Part shown: one piece after another, positions 20,818 through 29,671 of the stretch | Numbering within the stretch: the first letter of the stretch is position 1 | How the letters are laid out: every line of letters starts with the position of its first letter | Assembly (NCBI GenBank): GCA_963726255.1 | Contig: CAVSBL010000002.1 | Coordinates: forward strand, 640,001 to 704,000 | Direction: 5' to 3' | Origin: Candidatus Bathyarchaeota archaeon | Lineage (GTDB): Archaea > Thermoproteota > Bathyarchaeia > 40CM-2-53-6 | DNA length: 64,000 nucleotides | The notes under the pieces: generated by a model | Told to the model about the DNA's origin: nothing | Databases searched by the model: none | The model's input: the letters and a program-made list of their open reading frames with translations, nothing else | Translations under genes and position numbers: made by a program

Positions 20818-22767
20818 TTACATCCTTTCACTTACGTTGATTCCCAGTAACTCCATCGAGTTGCGGAGTACAACCTGAATCCCTCTAACTAGCCATGCCC
20901 TTGCGTTCTTAACACCTGTGTCTGCGTGTATGACGTCCACCTTCTCGTAGTATTCGTGGAATTTTTCGGCTATGGAATTCGCGTACCCGGCCAGTTCTTC
21001 CGGTTTGAGTTGGTCCGCGGCTTCGCAGAACACATCGGTCATTTGCGCGATTTTGAACACGAGTAAGAGTTCAAGGGGATGCGTGAGAAGAGAGCAATCG
21101 GCATTTTCGGGGAATTCGCCAAGTTTACGAAGAATGCTCCCCGCCCTTGTGTAGGCATAATTGATGAAGGGGACACTGTTGCGCTCCAAGCTAAGTACCC
21201 GGTCCCAGGTGAATGTCATGTTTTTCGTACTGTTGATGTTGAGCAAGGTGAATCTGATTGCGCCGAGCGCTATGTTCTGAACCGTTTTATTGGCTTCGCT
21301 CGGCCCAAGTTCTTCTTTTCTTTGTGCCATTGTTTGTTCGACTCGGGCTTTTGCTTGTTGAATTACGTCGTCAAGGGCTACGTAATGCGCTCGGCGTTTC
21401 GAAGCCTTGATCCCGCCCGGTAGCTCGACAAGGCCGTACGCATAGTGAACCTGATTACGTGCCGCCCTTTGTTCGCCGAGCGCAAAGAGTGCGAGCCGGA
21501 TTTGGAGTTGAGGTAAAGTCTGCTCGGTTGCGATTACATTTATCACTTTCTCGGCATCGGTGGACTTTACGATTGAATACGCGATATCCCTTGTTGGGTA
21601 AAGGGTTGTCCCGTCACTACGAGCAAGAGTCACTGGAGGGACCTCATAACTCTCGGATAGGCCGAATTCCTTTCGTAGTGAATAGGTGTCGAGGATCGCG
21701 TTAACGTCCAATGCCACGGATGCCTCCTCCTTTTTGGCGAAAGGCAGCTTGGCTAGTTTGGCGAGCGCTTTCTCAACATGACCATTCCAAAGTAATTCGC
21801 TTTCCCAATCCCAGGTGTCAAATGTGATGTCCATCTCGGTCAAGGTGGCCTTCATGCCACTTAGGCATAGTTCAGCAACTTTCCTAACCAGAGCAACGGT
21901 TTCCTTCTCATTTTGCTCGTATTTGCGGCCAATGTCCTGGATGGCCTTCTCAGGGTCAGAGTCTGCACTTACGACCTTCACAACTCTTGCCAGGAGCTCC
22001 CCATCAGTTGCCTCGAGTTCCGTAGCTATCCCTACCCATTCGTCGAGGTTCCGCTGAAGCTCGGCTTTTTGTTCGTTGTTTAGATCCTCTGCAATCTGTT
22101 TCAGTTTCATTTTCGTGGCTTCAATCTGGACTGCACAGTTCGTGCAGGCGTAGAGGCGGCCGAACCAGTGGTCTACCTTGCCTTGGGGTTCAGGTTCCTT
22201 GAGGAGTCTGTAGCCGTATGCGAGAATGGACACTTGCCGTCCCATGTCGTCAATGTAGAACCTTCTGTTGACTGAATGGCCTCTTCCCTTCAGCAAGCGT
22301 GCTAGCACGTCGCCAAGAATGGCGTTCCGTGCGTGGCCCATAGTTAGGGGGCCGCTTGGGTTAGCGCTCGTGTGCTCGACTGTAACCCTCATCGGATGCT
22401 CTGACTTCTCAATCCCGAATGTCGTGTCCTCTCTGAGGACCTGCGCGAGGATAAGAGGGGCAGCAATCCTGTAATCCATTTTGAAATTCACGTATCCTGA
22501 AATGCTCTCGACCTTCGTCAGGAGCGACTCTTTTTTCAGGCGCAGGGAGGCGCAAATTGTTTGGGCGACTTGTTGTGGCTGAAGCCGCTTCTGACGTGCA
22601 ATTTCATGAGCAATTGATGATGTCAATTCGCCGAATTCGAGGGACGGTGGCACGGTGATGCGGGGGATCTTTGTTGCCCAGTCCGGAAACGATTTCTCCA
22701 GCGCACCGCGAAGGGCGCTGACACATTCGTCCCTAAATTGCTGGAGAATATTCGCCAAGTTGACCAA
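20818..22767 (-). CDS. argS: Arginine--tRNA ligase
   Basis: EHTSANPSGPL..GHARNAILGD, RSDGTTLY..RDIAY, YAYTRA, ERM C-terminus. Confidence 0.95.
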   Translation of the reverse strand: MVNLANILQQFRDECVSALRGALEKSFPDWATKIPRITVPPSLEFGELTSSIAHEIARQKRLQPQQVAQTICASLRLKKESLLTKVESISGYVNFKMDYRIAAPLILAQVLREDTTFGIEKSEHPMRVTVEHTSANPSGPLTMGHARNAILGDVLARLLKGRGHSVNRRFYIDDMGRQVSILAYGYRLLKEPEPQGKVDHWFGRLYACTNCAVQIEATKMKLKQIAEDLNNEQKAELQRNLDEWVGIATELEATDGELLARVVKVVSADSDPEKAIQDIGRKYEQNEKETVALVRKVAELCLSGMKATLTEMDITFDTWDWESELLWNGHVEKALAKLAKLPFAKKEEASVALDVNAILDTYSLRKEFGLSESYEVPPVTLARSDGTTLYPTRDIAYSIVKSTDAEKVINVIATEQTLPQLQIRLALFALGEQRAARNQVHYAYGLVELPGGIKASKRRAHYVALDDVIQQAKARVEQTMAQRKEELGPSEANKTVQNIALGAIRFTLLNINSTKNMTFTWDRVLSLERNSVPFINYAYTRAGSILRKLGEFPENADCSLLTHPLELLLVFKIAQMTDVFCEAADQLKPEELAGYANSIAEKFHEYYEKVDVIHADTGVKNARAWLVRGIQVVLRNSMELLGINVSERM

Positions 22768-22892
22768 TTTTCCGGTTTTTGGCAGTTCTTCAGTTAGATG
22801 GCTAAGGGGTTGTTCGCCTTAAAATTGGTTCTCTGCTCTTGGAATCTTATCGCGTCCACGCTTATACATGAAAACCTACTCTGTCTCTCGTA

Positions 22893-22970
22893 GGGCGGGT
22901 AGCCTAGCCTGGATAGGGCACAGGCCTCCGGAGCCTGAGGTCGGGGGTTCGAATCCCTCCCCGCCCGCCA
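22893..22970 (+). tRNA. tRNA-Arg(CCG), CCA encoded, no intron
   Basis: Acceptor GGGCGGG/CCCGCCC; anticodon arm CAGGC-CTCCGGA-GCCTG; T-loop GGTTCGAATCC. Confidence 0.96.
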
Positions 22971-23036
22971 ACACATTCCCCGGTGCGGGAGCCAACAGTT
23001 TAACTATCCAGGTTACTCGTTGCGCTCGGATGACTC

Positions 23037-24062
23037 TTGGCGAAAAGCGTCGCTTTGATCAAAGGGGACGGAACTGGCCCTGAACTTATCGATGCGACCC
23101 TGAAAGTCTTGAAGGCCGTTGGCACGAACGTGGAAATTCTTGCGTGCAACGCAGGCTTTGAATGGTGGCAGGCCCACGGTGGGGCAACACTGGTGCCGGA
23201 TGAGAGTTGGAAGATAATCGAAGCCGCGGACGCGTGCTTGAAAGGCCCAACAACGACACCTGCTGGCCCGAACACTCCGCGGAGTGTGGCAGTTAGTATT
23301 CGTCAGCGTATGAATCTCTACGCGAACATTCGGCCTGTGAAGACGTTTGAGGGAACGAAACGGCCGCTCGGCGATGTGGAGCTCGTTTGCGTTCGTGAGG
23401 GTACTGAAGGCCTCTATTCAGGAATCGAACATCGCCTATCGAATGATGTCGCCATCGCCTTCCGCAAGATCACTCGTGAGCCAAGTCAGAAGCTCGCTAA
23501 GCGGGCTTTTGAGGAAGCGAAACGGCGAGGGTGGAAACGCTGCATCGCCATCACGAAACAGAATATACTGAAGGAAACGGACGGGCTCTTCATGGATGCA
23601 ACGAGGACCGTGCACAAGGATTACTCTGGGATCAGTTTGGAGGAGTATTTCATAGACAACTTTGCGCAGCAACTTATCAAGAACCCGCAGCGTTTCAATG
23701 AGAGCATCATATTCGGAACGAACCTTTTCATGGACATAATCTCCGAAGAGGTCTCAGCGCTGGTTGCGAGCATCGGGTGCATATACTCCGCGAACTTCGG
23801 GGATAATTACGCAATGTTTGAGCCGGCACATGGAAGCGCTCCGGCTTACAAAGGCCAGGACAAGGTAAACCCCACGGCAACGGTGCTAGCAGGCGCCTGG
23901 ATGCTGGAACACCTAGGCGAGAAGAAGAAATCTGAAGCCATATTCAGAGCAACCCGCGATGTCATCGCGGAAGGAAAGAAAGTAACGTACGACCTCGGTG
24001 GCACTGCCCGCCTCTCAGAAATGGCCGACGCCATAGCTGAACGCGCACAAAGATACCTGTGA
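23037..24062 (+). CDS. Isocitrate/isopropylmalate dehydrogenase family
   Basis: GDGTGPE, KGPTTTP, REGTEG, FEPAHGSAP. Confidence 0.93.
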   Translation: MAKSVALIKGDGTGPELIDATLKVLKAVGTNVEILACNAGFEWWQAHGGATLVPDESWKIIEAADACLKGPTTTPAGPNTPRSVAVSIRQRMNLYANIRPVKTFEGTKRPLGDVELVCVREGTEGLYSGIEHRLSNDVAIAFRKITREPSQKLAKRAFEEAKRRGWKRCIAITKQNILKETDGLFMDATRTVHKDYSGISLEEYFIDNFAQQLIKNPQRFNESIIFGTNLFMDIISEEVSALVASIGCIYSANFGDNYAMFEPAHGSAPAYKGQDKVNPTATVLAGAWMLEHLGEKKKSEAIFRATRDVIAEGKKVTYDLGGTARLSEMADAIAERAQRYL

Positions 24063-24133
24063 ATACTCAACCGTTTTGACGACTAGATGCTCCCCCAATA
24101 AAGTTAGGCAAGCCAAGCAGTTGACAACAAGGA

Positions 24134-24622
24134 CTAAGGTCCGCCGCTCTTCGTCGAACGTTCAAAGGCCTCAAACCAAGTCTTGTTCTTCCCGGCAAAT
24201 TCGACGAATTTAGCGATGCGGTCGATGGTTGCTTCGTGGACGTGGTGTTCAATCCCTTCGGCATCTGAATTCGCAATGTTCTCGCTTACACCAAGAATCC
24301 GAAGAAACTGAGTGATGACAAGGTGGCGTTGTTCCACTGAACACGCCAAGCGTTTGCCTCTTTCGGTTAGCGTAGTTCCCCGATAGCGCTCGTAGACTAC
24401 TAGCCCCATCCCGTGGAGCCTTTGCAGCATGTTTGTAACGCTTGGCGACTTGACGCCTAGGTACTCAGAAATGTCAACCGACCGAGCGTATCCCTTCTCT
24501 TTCATCAATTCGTAGATGACTTCTAGGTAGTCTTCCACGCTCGACGTAAGATCTGAAGACGGCTTTCTAGCCTCCCGGAGTCGTGACAGAATATAGCTAG
24601 TCTGCCTTTTCTCAATCGGCAT
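24134..24622 (-). CDS. DtxR/MntR metal-dependent regulator
   Basis: EDYLEVIYEL, PSVTNML, DAEGIEHH. Confidence 0.92.
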   Translation of the reverse strand: MPIEKRQTSYILSRLREARKPSSDLTSSVEDYLEVIYELMKEKGYARSVDISEYLGVKSPSVTNMLQRLHGMGLVVYERYRGTTLTERGKRLACSVEQRHLVITQFLRILGVSENIANSDAEGIEHHVHEATIDRIAKFVEFAGKNKTWFEAFERSTKSGGP

Positions 24623-24750
24623 CGTGCGCGCCTCAACATACCTGTCCAAGGCTCCTGCTTTATAGCTCCGCCATCTCAAAGCTGCTTGCAGGCATGACGC
24701 GGCACGCAAATACCTATTTGCCTGCACCTTCGTTAGCAGAATGGACACAC

Positions 24751-24951
24751 ATGTCGAAGCCGGCACAAAAAAAGACTGACTTCCCCGACGAGGAAATTGA
24801 AGACATATTGGACATGCATGCGCCTATCGACCTGTTGCGAGAGTTCCGCAAAGCAGCTCAAGAAAGCCCGCTGCTGGTGACAGGATTGGCCTTTGCGTTC
24901 GGCTTGCTTATCGGCGCCTCGTTATCTAATGGGAACAAGAAATCCCGTTGA
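24751..24951 (+). CDS. Small tail-anchored protein, DUF883/ElaB-like C-terminus
   Basis: QESPLLVTGLAFAFGLLIG. Confidence 0.6.
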   Translation: MSKPAQKKTDFPDEEIEDILDMHAPIDLLREFRKAAQESPLLVTGLAFAFGLLIGASLSNGNKKSR

Positions 24952-24977
24952 CGTTCATATCATGAGGCAGCAGTAAT

Positions 24978-25199
24978 TTGTCGAAAAGGGAAAAAGACCT
25001 GGAGCCCGAGAAGACCGAGCAATACCTAAAGGAACTCCGAAAAGACATGGACAAACGGTTAGGCGAACTCAAGGTGCAGATGGACGATCTTCAACAAAGA
25101 GCCGCACAGAAAGTTACGGAACAGCCCCTGATAGCCCTTGGCGTCGCTTTCGTGGCCGGCATGGCACTAGGAGTTGCGTTATCGAGGGCCGGCGACTAG
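24978..25199 (+). CDS. ElaB/YqjD/DUF883-like protein
   Basis: Charged helix then EQPLIALGVAFVAGMALG. Confidence 0.7.
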   Translation: MSKREKDLEPEKTEQYLKELRKDMDKRLGELKVQMDDLQQRAAQKVTEQPLIALGVAFVAGMALGVALSRAGD

Positions 25200-25210
25200 G
25201 AGACCAGACA

Positions 25211-25510
25211 TTGCCAGAAAAGGAAGGTTCCACATTGTTGGAGAGGCTCGCGCGATTGGTTCTGCGAGAAGCCTTGGGCGGCATCGTCAAACCTGCGGAA
25301 AGATTGGCAAAACGGGTTGCTCGGGCCGTCGGACTGATTCTTGCCGGAGTCGTCATCTCTGTTCTTGGAATCGCGTTTCTGGCCGTAGGTGCTGTCAAGT
25401 GGTTGGCGATATTGATGCCTGTTTGGCTGGCCTGGTTCTTGGTCGGAATAATCCTCTTCTTAGCGGGTGTTGCAGTCACAGCAATAACGTTCTCGACCGG
25501 GCGTGGCTAA
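25211..25510 (+). CDS. YqjE/holin-like two-TM protein
   Basis: Amphipathic helix then two TMs with PVWLAWFLVG; follows DUF883-like genes. Confidence 0.6.
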   Translation: MPEKEGSTLLERLARLVLREALGGIVKPAERLAKRVARAVGLILAGVVISVLGIAFLAVGAVKWLAILMPVWLAWFLVGIILFLAGVAVTAITFSTGRG

Positions 25511-25531
25511 GACGGCGTCGAAGCTTCTTGC

Positions 25532-25912
25532 CTAGCTAACATGGCCGGTCTTACTCTCGTAGAATTCATCCACAAACCGAGAAAAATCGCTGAAGTTGCT
25601 CAAAACGACGCCAAACGAGGAGCCTTTATCGATAGAGACGACCTTTTCGAGATACGCCTTTGCTGAAGTTGGGTCGCCTTCGTAAAGCGCAAGTTTGGCC
25701 GCGCTGGCAAATCGATTCATTGCCACGACTGAATTCCCGTTTTTCAGTAGATTTTCAGCTGCAGACGCAATTGCCTTGCTGTTCGGATACTGCGCCACGA
25801 GCAAGTCTGGATTAAGCAGGACTAACGTAGCGGCGGCGCGTTTCTTATCTTCACTCAGTTTCAGCTTTTCGGCGATGCTTTCGAAGGAATCGTAGCTCAC
25901 CTGTGGCACCAT
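25532..25912 (-). CDS. Hypothetical helical (TPR-like) protein
   Basis: AAKLALYEGDPTSAKAYLEKV. Confidence 0.65.
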   Translation of the reverse strand: MVPQVSYDSFESIAEKLKLSEDKKRAAATLVLLNPDLLVAQYPNSKAIASAAENLLKNGNSVVAMNRFASAAKLALYEGDPTSAKAYLEKVVSIDKGSSFGVVLSNFSDFSRFVDEFYESKTGHVS

Positions 25913-25952
25913 TCCTATACTTTGCAGGGCTGTTGTGATACTGAGAAACTAC

Positions 25953-26834
25953 TTAATTGTTCTTGCCGAACTGTGTTATGCCAACGCCCAACATTGTTAA
26001 GCCGGAGAAGGCAATATCGAGGGTTGTGAAACTTTCCTTTAAGACGATGACAGATATCAAAACGGCCAGAACGGGCATCGTGAAGAGAAGAACGTAGAGC
26101 CGAAACACTTCAGTACGCTGAAGGACATCATACCAACATACAAGCCCCAGACAGTACATGAAGGAAAGAAGCAATAGTGCCACTATGACCTCGTTCGACA
26201 ATGCCGCCGGCCACTGGTTCCTCTCGAAGACAAACGCGGAAAACGTGAACAATGCGGCACCGAAAACAAATGTTAGTGTTACTACGAACATCGGTTGGTA
26301 TTTCTTCAGTAAGACCTTCCCAACGATTCCAGACAGAGCGTAAGATGCTGCAACTCCCACTTGAAGCACGTTTCCGACAAATACCGACCCAGCAAGATTC
26401 GCGAGATTGCCTCCGGTCGAAAGAAGGATTACGCCAAGCATCGCAACCATCACACCTGCTACTTCTCTCCGCCCGACCTTCTCCTTTAGGAGGGTGAAAG
26501 AGAGCAGCAACGTGAAGACTGGGGTAATCGATTGGAGGACGCCACTCATGGAGGCGGTGGTGTACTCGAGCCCAATGTTCTGCAGCAGGTTGGGCATGAA
26601 TATCTGAGCAATTGACAAACCAAACACGATCGATAGGTCGTGCTTCGTCACGCCCGATGTGCTTCCGCGGTAGTGAAAGAGAGTCAGTGGCACGATTAGA
26701 GATGACGCCAAATCGAATCGGAGCGCCGCCACCGTAAGCGGTGGCAATTCTGTAAGGGCAATTCGTATCAAAGCATATGCGGAGGCAAAAACAAACAGGG
26801 CTATTACGCTTTCAACAAAGTTGCGGAAGCTCAA
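25953..26834 (-). CDS. EamA/DMT family transporter
   Basis: PPLTVAALRF, GLEYTTAS, LLKEKV; about 10 TM. Confidence 0.92.
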   Translation of the reverse strand: MSFRNFVESVIALFVFASAYALIRIALTELPPLTVAALRFDLASSLIVPLTLFHYRGSTSGVTKHDLSIVFGLSIAQIFMPNLLQNIGLEYTTASMSGVLQSITPVFTLLLSFTLLKEKVGRREVAGVMVAMLGVILLSTGGNLANLAGSVFVGNVLQVGVAASYALSGIVGKVLLKKYQPMFVVTLTFVFGAALFTFSAFVFERNQWPAALSNEVIVALLLLSFMYCLGLVCWYDVLQRTEVFRLYVLLFTMPVLAVLISVIVLKESFTTLDIAFSGLTMLGVGITQFGKNN

Positions 26835-26912
26835 GTTAGGACATCAATTCTGCCCGGTGCACGCACGCGATAGCATTAGCCCGAACGGGAAATCTAATCA
26901 TCAAAAGCTGTG

Positions 26913-27230
26913 TCAGGGAGGCGAACTGGGCTCATTTGACAGAAACCTGATAACCTTTCCCGGGCCGAGCTTCTCGACCACGACTTTCCTCTCGTCTTCA
27001 TTCAACGGTTTGTATTTGAGGTGAGTATCGGTGGAGCTTGCATAGCGCCCTGCGACCAAGCACGCGTTGGCATTCTTCTCCTTGTAGATGGTTATGGGTT
27101 TGTGAACGGCTTCCGGGTCGGTCCCCGCATACATGTAGGCGATTGCATCTTCATACTTCGCTTTGTCCTCGATCCTAAGTAATACGAGCTGTGAATCGTC
27201 GGGTTTCATGTTTTGCTCAGTATCGGCCAA
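26913..27230 (-). CDS. Hypothetical protein
   Basis: 105-aa ORF filling the gap, protein-like composition. Confidence 0.6.
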   Translation of the reverse strand: MADTEQNMKPDDSQLVLLRIEDKAKYEDAIAYMYAGTDPEAVHKPITIYKEKNANACLVAGRYASSTDTHLKYKPLNEDERKVVVEKLGPGKVIRFLSNEPSSPP

Positions 27231-27335
27231 ACGTAAAAACCCTTCCAGAGGAAATTGCCCGCATGAGAGAGAGGGCCAGAGGCGCCACTGATCACTTCAG
27301 AGCCGTTTTTGCCGCAAACGTCAAACCGCAAGTTG

Positions 27336-27483
27336 TGGAGCCGGGGATGGGAATTGAACCCACCTCAGCGATTCTCGCTTTCTATACTGCGGGTTGCGGC
27401 AAGCTTTAGTCTACTGCAGCCCGCCGCCTGGACCGTTCGGCCTTCGGTGGCCATAGGCATCAAACCCAAAGACCAACCCCGGC
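27336..27483 (-). tRNA. tRNA-Cys(GCA) with three insertions (8/9, 37/38, variable loop/T-stem junction)
   Basis: Acceptor GCCGGGG/CCCCGGC, U73-CCA; anticodon stem GCGGG/CCCGC with CT-GCA-G; T-loop GGTTCAATTCC; inserts 27443-27475, 27395-27413 and about 20-22 nt near 27363-27385. Confidence 0.85.
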
Positions 27484-27561
27484 ATTTTCCCCGGCGAATG
27501 AACCGTTCACGCACATAGCTCTAATAAACCTGCACGTAAAGCTGTAATTCGCCGATGGTTC

Positions 27562-27891
27562 TTGAGTCATGTGATGTCGATGGTTGATTCGCAAGAAGAC
27601 CAGGTGCCGCTGTTCTTCAAGTTATGTTCGGATCACCTTTCAATTGAAGCCATCCCAAGAAAAGCTCTTACTATCAACATCGAAGGCATGAAGGATAAGT
27701 CGATCCGCGAGCACGAAGTGATGATGTGGACTCCCCATTTTGTTGTGCTGAAGAATTCGAGCGGACAGGAGATTACTCTTAGGCGAGATGGGCGAATGGT
27801 AGTAAGAAAAGCGGATACAGAACAGGTTGCGCGAGAGGCCGCCACGAACGTTATGCATTTAGCCTTGAAAGAGTTCGGAAGCCGAGCCTAG
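27562..27891 (+). CDS. Stand-alone homolog of the MoeB/ThiF C-terminal domain
   Basis: LC..P.K.L.I...H.V...TP..VV...G.E.TL.R.GRM aligns by eye to the neighbouring MoeB C-terminus. Confidence 0.7.
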   Translation: MSHVMSMVDSQEDQVPLFFKLCSDHLSIEAIPRKALTINIEGMKDKSIREHEVMMWTPHFVVLKNSSGQEITLRRDGRMVVRKADTEQVAREAATNVMHLALKEFGSRA

Positions 27892-28517
27892 ACGGTCAGA
27901 ACACGAGCGGACTGAACGGCCCTTGCAACCATGCCGTCAATGTCCAATGCCGTTTCGACCTCGGCTAGTCGGTTCCTCCTGGCTGAGGTGCTTGGGTTGT
28001 CTGTTGGAACTCCGCAGCTAGCGACCCCTGGGCGGATTGAAACTTCATAAGTACCAATTTCAATTGCGAACTTCACGATTTGCTGCTTGTTCATTCCGAC
28101 AAGTGGCCTAAGCACCTGAACCTTATTCAGCACACAGTCTGCCGCTACGATGTTTTGGAGCGTTTGGCTGGCCTTCTGCCCGACAGCGTCACCTGTGACA
28201 ATTGCGTTACACCCCTCCCGGTCGGCTATTCCTTCGGCAACTCTAAACATGATCCGCCTGGAAAGCATGCACGCGAACTTCGCCGGACACTTGGACAAAA
28301 TAACTTGGAGGTCAGGCGCGTGAGAGACAACGTATACGCGTGCCCCCTGAAGTTTTGCTCGCTCGCACAGCCTGCGAACAGTTTCTATGGCAAGGCTTTC
28401 GGCTGCTTGGTCGCAGAGTGGGTAATTATCGAAATAAACGAAAACCGGTTCTACGCCTTTCCTCATCAATAACCATGCTGCGACTGGGGAATCGATACCG
28501 CCGGAAATGAGGCACAC
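27888..28517 (-). CDS. ThiI-type PP-loop sulfurtransferase, catalytic domain only (no THUMP)
   Basis: LISGGIDSPVA, VTGDAVGQKASQTL, RPLVGMNK, IGTYE; in-frame stop about 22 codons upstream. Confidence 0.88.
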   Translation of the reverse strand: MCLISGGIDSPVAAWLLMRKGVEPVFVYFDNYPLCDQAAESLAIETVRRLCERAKLQGARVYVVSHAPDLQVILSKCPAKFACMLSRRIMFRVAEGIADREGCNAIVTGDAVGQKASQTLQNIVAADCVLNKVQVLRPLVGMNKQQIVKFAIEIGTYEVSIRPGVASCGVPTDNPSTSARRNRLAEVETALDIDGMVARAVQSARVLTV

Positions 28518-28583
28518 GGCTCTCCCGGAAAGTCTGAGTTCCGGGGATTCTATTGTTTGTGGAGACTGTAGCGACAGTTTCTT

Positions 28584-29618
28584 TCACCCTTCACCGACCA
28601 GCTTGGCGACCTCGGCTGAAATTGCGAGTGCCTCTATCTCGTTTCGTACGTTCTTGATCAGCATCCGCCCTTTCCTAAATAGACTTACTTCATGCCCACT
28701 GAAGTCGAAGACGATAACCATTGGCGTCGTCAATAATACCCTGTGGTTTCGCCCGATAGTTCTAGCCAGTTGGTCCAGGTCAACGGATAATGGCTTCTCC
28801 GGGTTGACATTCGCAGTCTCTGATCCGCACAACCAGGCCAACTTACGAGAATAGTTTGGTGTAGTAGTCAGCTTTGCCTGGCAGACTCCACAGTCAGCAC
28901 GGATGCTCAACCTCACTGTTCGATATTCAGACTGCGCGAAATCGAATATCAGCAGTCTTCCCATCGATTGGGGGTCGATTCCCGCAAGCGCCTTCACTGC
29001 CTCCATCGCCTGAATAGCTCCAACAATTCCAGTGGTAGCACCCAGCACACCGCGAGTATCGCAAGTTGGCAGGTCCACGTCGTTCAGACCCGGCAAGATA
29101 CACTCTAAACATGGGGTTTCAGGGCTCTTGAATACTGCTACGTTCCCTTCCATCCCGATTGCCCCCCCAAAGACGAACGGTGTCTTCCTCGTCACGCAAA
29201 AACGGTTGATAATGTACCGCGTTTCCATGTTGTCAAGCCCATCCACAACGCAATCTGCTCCATCTAAGATCGCCGGGACGTTCTCGGCATTCAAGTTCTC
29301 TGGGACGGGATTGACTTCAACCTCAGGATTGATCATACCAATTCTGCGTGCAGCAGCTTCTACCTTCGGATACCTGATATCGCCTAGCGAATAGAGAACC
29401 TGCCTGTGCAAATTGTTTACTTCTACAGTATCTTGATCTATGAGCGTTAGTTTTCCGACACCTGCGAGCGCAAGGTAGAGCGCTGAAACACTTCCCAAGC
29501 CACCTAATCCCACAACGGCAACTTTCGAGTCATGCAGTTTCTTTTGGCCGCTCGAACCGAGTTCCTTCAGAACCAATTGCCGACTGAAGAACTCATCTCT
29601 GTCGAAATCTGCGTGCAT
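28584..29618 (-). CDS. MoeB/ThiF/UbaA family adenylyltransferase
   Basis: FSRQ, GLGGLG, NLHRQ, DGLDN, CLEC, TCDTRGVLG, CGVC. Confidence 0.93.
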   Translation of the reverse strand: MHADFDRDEFFSRQLVLKELGSSGQKKLHDSKVAVVGLGGLGSVSALYLALAGVGKLTLIDQDTVEVNNLHRQVLYSLGDIRYPKVEAAARRIGMINPEVEVNPVPENLNAENVPAILDGADCVVDGLDNMETRYIINRFCVTRKTPFVFGGAIGMEGNVAVFKSPETPCLECILPGLNDVDLPTCDTRGVLGATTGIVGAIQAMEAVKALAGIDPQSMGRLLIFDFAQSEYRTVRLSIRADCGVCQAKLTTTPNYSRKLAWLCGSETANVNPEKPLSVDLDQLARTIGRNHRVLLTTPMVIVFDFSGHEVSLFRKGRMLIKNVRNEIEALAISAEVAKLVGEG

Positions 29619-29671
29619 CTGTTGCTCACGCCAAAATATGGCAACGCGGGCTTTCAGTGTATAGGCGCGTT

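Noticed and set aside
22893-22970. tRNA-Arg as an integration site
   Set aside because: Flanked by housekeeping genes; no duplicated 3' end or integrase seen
25211-25510. Holin-like gene as provirus evidence
   Set aside because: No viral genes nearby; context matches yqjD-yqjE-like operons
27363-27388. AGCGA-GAA-TCGCT hairpin as a long variable arm (Sec-like or allo-tRNA)
   Set aside because: Normal 7/5 acceptor/T stems, U73 and GCA anticodon fit tRNA-Cys; the unpaired flanks fit an intron better, though this is unproven
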